From contig CM000153.2 of NCBI GenBank assembly GCA_000004695.1, forward strand, positions 1,152,001 to 1,216,000: a stretch of 64,000 nucleotides of DNA. The letters run 5' to 3'. This stretch comes from Dictyostelium discoideum. Lineage: Eukaryota. Positions 55,301-64,000 of this stretch are shown piece after piece; within the stretch, counting starts at the first letter, position 1; the number at the start of each line of letters is the position of its first letter. Made by a program: the position numbers and the translations under genes. The notes under the pieces were generated by a model. The model worked only from the letters and a program-made list of their open reading frames with translations, was not told the DNA's origin and did not search any database.

Positions 55301-57073
55301 AAGCATCCAATACCTTTTCTAACATATTATCTTTCTTCATCTTTGCTTTAAGAGTTGGTACATCGAGGAATGATTTAAGTATAGCAACTAAAGTTTTCAA
55401 AACAAAACCTTGTGAAACATCAGTACTAAATGAACCTTCCTTTGATTTGATATGTTCAATCTCCTTGATGATAGCATCACAAATGAATGGAATGAAACCT
55501 TTTACAGCTAAATAAATCTTACGATCTTGAGAGGTTGAGATAAAACTATTGAAAAGTCCGAAAAACTCTGCAGAATATTCACCTGCCTCTGTTGCATTTG
55601 GAAGAATCTTTGTAAGGAGATCCAAGAATTTAAGTGATCTACTATTGCTATTCTTACTTAAAATACCCATCAAAGTGATTATTTCAAGACGAATTGATGA
55701 TGTTGAATTGAATAACAATTTCTCTAACCATTTCTCTTCAAACAATACCTCGAAACTTGATTGAGTTGCATAACCAATACCTGAAGATTGTTGTTGTTGT
55801 TGTTGTTTTCTCTTTTTAACTTGAGCATACCATCTCTTGAAATATTTACTCTTTAATTCATCTTGGCTAAGTGGTTTCAAAGATTTTGATATTTCACCGA
55901 TTGAAGAGTTTACATTGAAATTAGATAAATAGTTTTCATATTTTGATGACCAAGCATTTGCAATTGGATTATCATCACCATCCCATGATTCGTTAGCACC
56001 TGCATTTGAAGTATCATTATCAAAGATTGATAATATGTTTGGATCTTGAGATGAAGATATTGAACCACTACCACTAACACTACTACCACTACTACTTCCA
56101 CTACCACCACCACCATTTTCGCTACCAGTAGCACCAACACCAGATGGAGATGATGAGGAAGAAGATGGTGATAAAATCTTTAAACCTGAAACAGATTCAT
56201 TCAATTGTTGTTGCTGTTGTTGAATTTGTTGTTGAATTTGTTGTTGTTGTAAAGCGATTTGTTGTTGAATTTGTAATTGCATTTGTTGTGGTGAAAGTAA
56301 TGATGATGCAACAGAAAGTGCAATATTATTCACAGTATTTGGTGAAAGTAATGATGATAATGCTTCAATCTTCTTTTCAATGGTTGAGGTTAATGAAGCA
56401 TTAGCTGCTGTTGCTGTTGCTGTTGCTGTTGCAGCCAAAGCAATGGCTTGTTTCTTTGATGATTTTAATTTTTCAAATCTTGTTGCTAATAATTTTTGAG
56501 AGATTTCAAGATCTTTTGCATCCTTTGTAATGAAAGCACCTTTACGATCAAGAGTACATAAATAAATTATGATTTTGAGACATGGTAAAATAATATACTC
56601 TGAAACCACTGGACTTTGAGAGCCACTTGATAAAGCTTTAAAGAATAACTCCATTATGAATGATAATCTTTGTGGCCAAATATTATCAGAGAGTGAGGAA
56701 CATTCTTTCAACAATGAGATTTCACTTGAGACCATGTTTGGAACATCCAATGATGAATAATAACAAAGTGTGTAGTAAATCTTGTCTTTAATCCATTGAT
56801 TAACCATTGAAGTACAATCAATATTTGATTTGGTAAGATAGGATAATGATGATTTAGCCCAACCCTTTGCAATACTCTTTCCATGATGAATATTATTAAA
56901 GAATATTTCTTTTGGTAAACCTTTTTCAATCAAAAGATTCTTAATTGGTGTTAACTCTGAATTTCTACAGAAGGAATTTAATAAACATAAAACCTGTTCA
57001 ATGTATGAATTTGAACAACCATAACATTTATTTTCTTCACGTAAATGAATTGAAACAGGACATTGTCTGGATG

Positions 57074-57109
<36 letters not shown>

Positions 57110-60100
57110 CATTGGAAGAGGGTTGACCACCACCAGAAATGAAATTCATATATTTTGAAATTTCCATTCTATTGGTTTGTAAAATTTGAACACTCTTACT
57201 TAAACCTTCATAAATATTTCTACATTCTCTTTCATATAATCTACTAAGGTAGCCAATCTTTTTATTAATTCTAAGTGTAAGGAATGATGAATTATTGGAT
57301 GTACCACTTTGATTGATAACACCACCACCACCACTACCAACACCGCCACCACCATTTCCACTTGAAGATTGATTGGAAATACCAAAGCTTGAAGAAGATG
57401 AAGATGAAGAATTTGTTGAAATATTACCACTACTACTATTGATAGATTGATTATTGCTACCAGTTGAATTGGTTGAAGTATTAGCGATACTAATTGTACC
57501 ACCTGAACTTTTAATTAAATCATCCTTTGACCATGGTTCTTGAGTTTCAAAAGAATTGATTAGACCAGAGATAACTTTTTTAAAACCAATTAATCTTTGG
57601 TACTTTTTATGAGCATTTTCAGATTCTTTCTCTATGGTTTGAATAGCTCTCTTGTGATCCTCTTGATTTTCAATCTTTTCAATTGCAATGGTTGGTTTAC
57701 AAACAAAGGAGTAATCAAATTTGGCATGTTTACAGAAACCACATTCATTACAGAGGAAAGCGTCTAAATTTTCATAGTTGATATTACGACAATGTTTACA
57801 TTGATAGGCATTCTCATGACAATTCTTACAGATACCATGCTTATCAGTGACGATTCTACTACAACGTGGACATTGAAGTTTTTCAGAGGAAGCAGCTTGA
57901 AGGTTATCGTGGAAATCAAAATATTCAATCATAAAGTTTCTAGCAGAGATTGGGATTTGGAAAACAACAGCCTTTTCAGTTTGAGATGGAGTGAAATGAA
58001 CTTGTTTCAACTTTTTCCATTGATTAAATTTACCCTTGAGATCACCAATGTCTGCAACTGGTTTATTGTTGTAGAAAAGATTGATGGTTTTAATCATCTT
58101 TCCTTTCTTGACATCATGTAATTGAATCATAATCTTGGAGATATTATAAACACCATTGAATTTGATCAATTGTGAATACTCTGAGAATTTAACCTCTTGT
58201 TTCAATGATTCTAAACGTGATGTTTGATATTGTACCTCTGGATTATTACAAACTAAACATGGTTCACTCTCTAAATAATATCCATCAAATTCTAAAATCT
58301 TTCCCAAACTATTATAAATTTGTGAATTTGGATGATTTAATGAAATTTGATTTTGTTGTTTAAAGCTTTCAATTAATTTATTTGAAAATTCTATTTTTTA
58401 TAAAAAATAATAATAATAAAATTAATATTTCAAAAAAAAAAAAAAAAACAATTAAAAAAAACAATTAAAAAAAACAATTAAAAAAAACAATTAAAAAAAA
58501 AAAAAATATATTAATTTTCACAATATATTATTGTTTCAAAAAAAAAAAAAAAAACAATTAAAAAAAACAATTAAAAAAAAAACTAAATACAAACCATTAT
58601 GTTGATCCTTCCAAGATTGTGAATCAGTTTCATTTAAAAAGTAGGTTAGTAAATCCATAAATTCACTTGCATTTTTACCATATGACGCAACATTATTTAA
58701 TTTTGACCAAAGTGATTTATTAATGAAAATTCTTTGTTCATTATTTGATGACTAAAAAAAAAAAAAAATTTAAATTAGTAATTTGAAGAGGAATAAAAAA
58801 AAATAAAAAAAAAAAGGCAATAAAAAGGTAAAACTTACTCTCCATAAATAATAAATAAAACTACTAGCTATTGATCTTAAATCAGAAGAGTTTGATTCTA
58901 ATAATATATTAAATATTAAAACATTGAAATATTGTTCTTGAAGGAATATTGAAATATGTTTTGCTTTAGTGTCAACATCTTGCATTAAAATATCATTGCT
59001 GTTGTTGTTGTTGTTGTTGTTTGATGATTCTTGTTGTGTATCTTGAGATGTTGATGATAATGGTTGTTCTGCTATTTCATCAACAAATACATAGGTTAAT
59101 AATTCCAATAACAATGAAGATGGTTCTTCTGCAAGATTGAATAAGATTTTGTAGAGTTTTGGTAATACATCATTATGAGCACAAAAGAATTGCCAACTCT
59201 TTGGTCTATCACTTGCTACTTCTAACATTAAGGTAAGATAAGAAATTAATTTGGCCAAATGATCATAACCAATTTCATCAGAGAAACCTTTTGTTTTACC
59301 TTCTAAATCCAAGATACCAGCAAACTTCTTTTTCAATAAGAATTCATCGCGAATTGAATAATAGGATGACTTGGTTTGATAAATTAAAAACAATAGTTTC
59401 TTTGGATATTTTACAATTGAAACAGTTTTCTTTGAATGAATGAAAGAACAGATTAGGTTAGTCCATTCGGATGGTTTTATCAATGTAGGTGTAGTTTGAG
59501 TAATCGATTTCTTTCTTCTCTCACAACGATAGAATGTAATCATCAATTTGAAGATTGCTTTTGAGAGTAATAAATGAATTGAACCCATTGATTGTGGAAG
59601 GTATTTTCCAAAGAATGGAGTGAATCTATTCTTTGGTAGAGTTTGATTTTCATCAATTGATGGAACTAACAATGCACCAAAAGGTGAATCTCTTTCCTCA
59701 CCAACCGATAACCCATGTGATTCAGAGATACAGGTATACAATTGTTCAATCCATAATCTTAAAAGTTGAATTATATCTCTATCAATAAATAATTTTGATA
59801 AATGATAAATTAATGTCGATGGTAAACTATGTGGAGTTGTTACTACTGAAGGAGTTGTTACTGTAGCTGTTGCTGTTGTTGTTGTTGTTGCTGCTGCTGC
59901 TGCTGTAGTTGTTGTTTGTTTACTTTGAATCTTTTGTCTCTTTTGCTCGTCAGAATCTAATAATAAACTTAATAATGAGAAAATTAAAATATCACCTTCA
60001 AGATTATTTGATTTGGTTGATAAGAATTTGGAAAGATTTGATTTATGTTTGGAAATTAAATTAACAAGAGTTGTTACAAGTTGATTGGATAATTGATTAT

Positions 60101-63100
60101 TGTTGAGGATGAATGTAGTATTATGTAAAATTGTTGAATAAAGGATTTGCATATATGGAATCATAAATGAAAAACCTTTTTCATAAGATACTATAATCTC
60201 TTCAATAATTAATTTAATGAAACCAACCATTGGTTCTTCATTTGTAGTTGGAGTTGTTTTATTTGTGGTTGTTGTTGTTGTTGTTAATGTTGATGTATCC
60301 ATTGATTCATTATTATTATTATTATTATTATTGTTATTTAAACTCATTGAAATTGCAATTTTAAGTTCTTCATCATATTCAGAATCATCTTGTAAATCTT
60401 GTTGTAATTGTTGATCCTGTTGTTTTTGTTGTTGTGGTGGTTCATTTGTTGATTCTTTTTCATCACCATCTTTCATTGGTTCATCAATTATGAATTCTTT
60501 AAATATATGATCCTTTGGATGGTCTTTTTCTGGATTTTGATAACATTGATTACAAAGATCAAAATCACCACAATTACTACAATTCCATCTTTTACCTGTT
60601 ATTGGATTAATATTACAAAGATCACAAGAGAATAAAACTTCATCAACCATTTGTATATCACCTTCATTTTCTTTATTGGTGTTATCGTTGTCGACAACAT
60701 TTTCATTTGATGATGATGATGGTGGTGGTAATAAATTGGCAACGGTTGAATTATTACCAGATTTCGAAATAAATGAAACTAATATTAAAGATGATCTAGT
60801 TCTAATGATTTCATTTGAATGTGATAATAATGATTTTAATAAGGTAAAGATTAAATCTGTTGAGAAAATCTTTGATCTTTGACAATTCCAAAGTAATTGA
60901 ACTAAATTTGAAATGAAAGAATCAGAGTAGAGTAAAGCATTTGAAGAGACTGCTCCATTATTGCTACCACTTTGGGTATTGGATGGTAATGTTGATGTTG
61001 CTGTTGTTGTTGATGATGATGATGATGCTGATGCTGATGATGATTTACCTTTACTAGAGGATGGAGAGGTTGTATTACGATAGATTGTTAAAAGATCAGA
61101 TAAAAAGTTTGGATGATCTTTGAATAAATATTTCTCTAAATTATTTGGATTTGATGATGAAATCTTTTTCAAAGCTGCAACTAAATAATCCAATTTTTCA
61201 AGATCAGCAGAGTTTGGGATTGTACCACCACTATTTGATAAGATTGATGAAACTGTTTGACTTGCATATTTTAATTGAATACTATGTTTCAATGTTTGAT
61301 AATGTTCACTATTGGTTGAAAGAATCTTTAACAATTTCTTAATAGATGATCTAACAAAAGATAATTGTGAATCTGTAATCATTGATGGAAGAATTGATAA
61401 AGTTTTCTCTTTAAGTTCAATGAATTTTTGACTGTCATCATTGGCTACATGATTTGAGAAATAGTTTTTCAAAGAATTAAAGCAGTGAAGTATAACAATT
61501 TCTAATGGTGTATGTTTATCAGCAGTTGAATCATTTGTGCCAGCAACACCGCCACCACTACCACCTGCACTTGTGGATAAACCAGAACTTGTAACATTTT
61601 CATCTACAGTTGGGAATTCATCATCGGAATCATCTGAATCATTGAAACCAAGGGAATCTTTATTTTTAGCGTAAACTTCAACTTGATCGATGATTGGTGA
61701 TGTTCCCATTGTAAATGTTGATCCAGCAGTAAAAGAAACCTTTTTAATGGATCTTAAAGTTTCTTCAGTGGTGAATGGAATATCATACCATCTTCTTTGA
61801 CCTTCCTTTAATTGAATAGTACGATTGAAAACTCTAATCTCTGTTGGGATATGCTTAGTGGATGCATTACCAACCAAAATACGAATACCACAAATAGCAT
61901 TATTGAAATTATTATTCATAATGACCAAAGTAAGGGTTTCTAATGATTGACAAACAATGTATTCATCATTTGAGGCAAGTTTTTGTTTAATTACATCTTG
62001 AGAGAACCATTGTAATGGATCGCCACCATATTTAACATTTGGTGTTATACATTCTGTACTTTCAAAGAAATCAATTGGGAATACTGGTGAAGTTGTTGTT
62101 GTTGTTGTTGGTTGTAATAATAATGATGAAAGTGGTGGTGGAGATTTTATAACAGCTGATGTGGATGTTGTAGATGATGATACAGTAGCAACATTGTTAC
62201 CACTACTATTAATACTACTACCACTATTATTCTTATTAATTGAATCTTGATATTTTGATTTCAAATATAAAAGAATATCTAAACCTTTTTTATCAGACTC
62301 ATTGATTGAATCAGTGGTGGTTGAGGTTGTTGGTAATGGTTGTTGAATGGTATTTTCAAGATTAAAGTCATATCTACCAATTGAACCATCATCAAATAGA
62401 ATTAATAATTTTGGAGAAGAACGATTTAAAATGGTCATACCCTCTACTCTTTGAGTAAGTTTAAGATTTTGAATGGAAATATCTTTTGTACCCATTTTGA
62501 AACCCAATAAATAACCACCACGTGCTGCTAAACAAGCATAAACATTTGGAAACATTGGTGATAAATTGATAAAGTATTGAGCTGGCATTGGTAATTTCTT
62601 TGCTGGATCCATGATTGGGAATGAACGAGTTACGTTGGTCATTGTATCATTGACTTGGAAAGCATAACATTCACCATTGGTATAACTTGCAATCACTAAA
62701 TCCAAATCGATATTATAGTGAACACTAACACCCGCTGAAATTTTATTGATTGGCACTTGGAGAGTTTCAATCATAATACAAGATTCATTATCGATTGAAT
62801 CTTCAATGGCTTGGAAATATAATAAACCATAGTTACTAAGGGCGAGGATATGATTTTTACCATTCTTTTGAACCAAACACATATCTTTGATAGAGTCTTC
62901 GAGTAGAGAGAAGAAATGAATTGGTGAGAGATTATCTTTAGAGAGATCATAAATCTTGATAAACTCGTTGGTTACAATTGCCAATTCAACTTGACTACCA
63001 ATGATCCATTCAACCTTTATAATATAAATAGTTTCACCTAAAGCATCCAAAGATAAATCGATTACCAATTGATCGACAATTTCATCCTTTTGATTGATAG

Positions 63101-64000
63101 TGAGGATCTTTACTTCTTTGAAACCAACAACTGCAAGGAATCTTTCATTGAGTGGATTGAATACCATACTAACGATTGGATAGGCTACGGAACTCTTTGA
63201 TAATGCCTTGCTAAATGAATGTTTATCCAATTGTGCATCATCATCTAAAATCTTTGAAGAATTAAACAATGAAACAGAATCACCTTCAGCAATTGCCAAT
63301 AAACCTTTGGAAGTTGAAGCTATTGCTTTTCTTTGGATTGGTCCACTTGAGAGGAAAGTCTTTAATTGATTACCTTCAACACCTTCAAGTTTGAGTTTAG
63401 CTTCAAAAGTACCATTTTTTGATACTTTTTTAGTGGTAAAGATATCAGTCTTTGAAATGATTTCTCTACTACTGATGGATTGGGTTGAAGATTCTTCAAA
63501 CACCTCTAATTTATTACTATTTGAATCTGATTGTGGTTTAATAAGGTCTGTTTGTACTTTTTTATACATTTCAATTAATTTTGGATAAAGTTCTGATAAT
63601 TTTGAAATGATATTAGATTTATCATTAAAGATTTCATTGAATAATTGTTCTTTATCTTGTTGAGTTGGTAAATTGAAAAAGTAATTATTAATCGATGAGA
63701 ATGTATTACCACTACCTGTGGTACCATTGTTATTATTATTATTATTATTATTAAATGATGGTGATGAATTTGACGAAGATGATGATAAACTATCTGGAAT
63801 AATTGGTTGATCATTAGTATTTGTTGCTGATGAAGTTGTTGAAGCTACTTGTTGTTCTTCTTGTTGTTGTTGTGGTTGTTGTTCAGCTGCAACATTCTTT
63901 TGTTGGTCTTGAGGTGGTTGTTGTGGTTGTTGTTGTTGTTGTTGTTGTTGTAATTGTTTTGGTGGTGAATAAAGTCTTGGTTTAAGAGCTTTACATGGAT
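52398..64000 (-). CDS. giant UBR4/BIG/Pushover-like protein, 3' ~11.6 kb (window contains >3700 codons; N-terminus beyond window end); CDS join(>64000..58838,~58751..58594,58390..52398)
   Basis: Two huge minus-strand ORFs, 58770..63569 and 52398..58307, are colinear. The frame of 58770..63569 stays open upstream through 64000. A GTAAGT donor at 58837, a 52-codon micro-exon (SSNNEQRIFINKSLWSKLNNVASYGKNASEFMDLLTYFLNETDSQSWKDQHN) and a TAG acceptor ending 58391 join them in phase. Content includes a ZZ-type zinc finger (CDLCNINPITGKRWNCSNCGDFDLCNQCY), long Leu-rich/armadillo-like helical stretches, and a Cys/His cluster in the last exon (CLVCNNPEVQ...CPRCSRIVTDKHGICKNCHENAYQCKHCRNINYENLDAFLCNECGFCKHAKF). 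A long conserved C-terminal module is consistent with the UBR4 E3 C-terminal domain. The identification rests on architecture and size, not on a checked alignment. Confidence 0.6.
58449..58580. repeat. 13-nt tandem repeat (CAATTAAAAAAAA)n, 4+2 copies, inside intron of UBR4-like gene
   Basis: acaattaaaaaaaacaattaaaaaaaacaattaaaaaaaacaattaaaaaaaa is visible at 58449..58500 and recurs at 58555..58580. Confidence 0.8.

Noticed and set aside
53136-57502. Plus-strand ORFs of 65-110 aa antisense to the UBR4-like last exon, and similar antisense ORFs 8690..9118, 10034..10577, 11011..11490, 12193..12908, 28758..29075, 35485..35859
   Set aside because: They lie wholly inside long, well-supported sense exons. 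They have biased repetitive composition (V/L/H-rich) typical of the antisense of Q/N/S codon repeats.

Overview
This window is eukaryotic nuclear DNA, not prokaryotic. It looks like Dictyostelium discoideum or a close dictyostelid. The evidence is roughly 78-80% A+T overall, intergenic and intron DNA above 85% A+T with long poly(A)/poly(T) tracts and (AAT)n/(ATT)n/(ATTT)n microsatellites, short GTAAGT/GTATGT...AG introns, and predicted proteins full of poly-N/Q/T/S runs. The ORF track uses a bacterial table with alternative starts (TTG/GTG shown as M), so it ignores introns. I rebuilt gene models by hand by joining ORF fragments across canonical splice sites and checking the reading phase. All coordinates are hand-counted and may be off by 1-2 nt.

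About 20 protein-coding genes fill the window, a density typical of Dictyostelium. In order:
- homogentisate 1,2-dioxygenase (5' part)
- a FYVE zinc-finger + alpha/beta-hydrolase-fold-3 esterase fusion
- a Cdc7(S. pombe)/Cdc15-type septation-kinase homologue with a long poly-N tail
- MutL homologue MLH3
- two tandem paralogues of a lineage-specific family that distantly resembles cis-prenyltransferases
- a small mitochondrial-presequence membrane protein with unusually large introns
- mitochondrial ribosomal protein L47
- an Atg14/UVRAG-like cysteine-repeat + coiled-coil protein
- a CRIB + coiled-coil + polyPro + WH2-C-A (WASP-family-like) protein with no WH1 domain
- an ODR-4-like tail-anchored protein
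- the Golgi SNARE GS28/Gos1
- a 951-aa N-glycan-rich type I membrane glycoprotein (6 exons)
- Rae1/Gle2
- the NEDD8 E1 catalytic subunit UBA3
- an ADF-H domain protein
- a family-3 (GABA-B-like) GPCR with a heptad-repeat tail
- ALG6 glucosyltransferase
- the 3' ~11.6 kb of a giant UBR4/BIG-like ZZ-finger protein that runs off the window end

I found no rRNA, tRNA, CRISPR array, transposon or prokaryotic operon. The points most worth follow-up are the unusual domain fusions, the tandem cis-prenyltransferase-like paralogues with different intron counts, a frame break inside mlh3, G/C homopolymer blocks that look like sequencing artefacts, and the odd introns in the GS28 and mitochondrial-protein genes.
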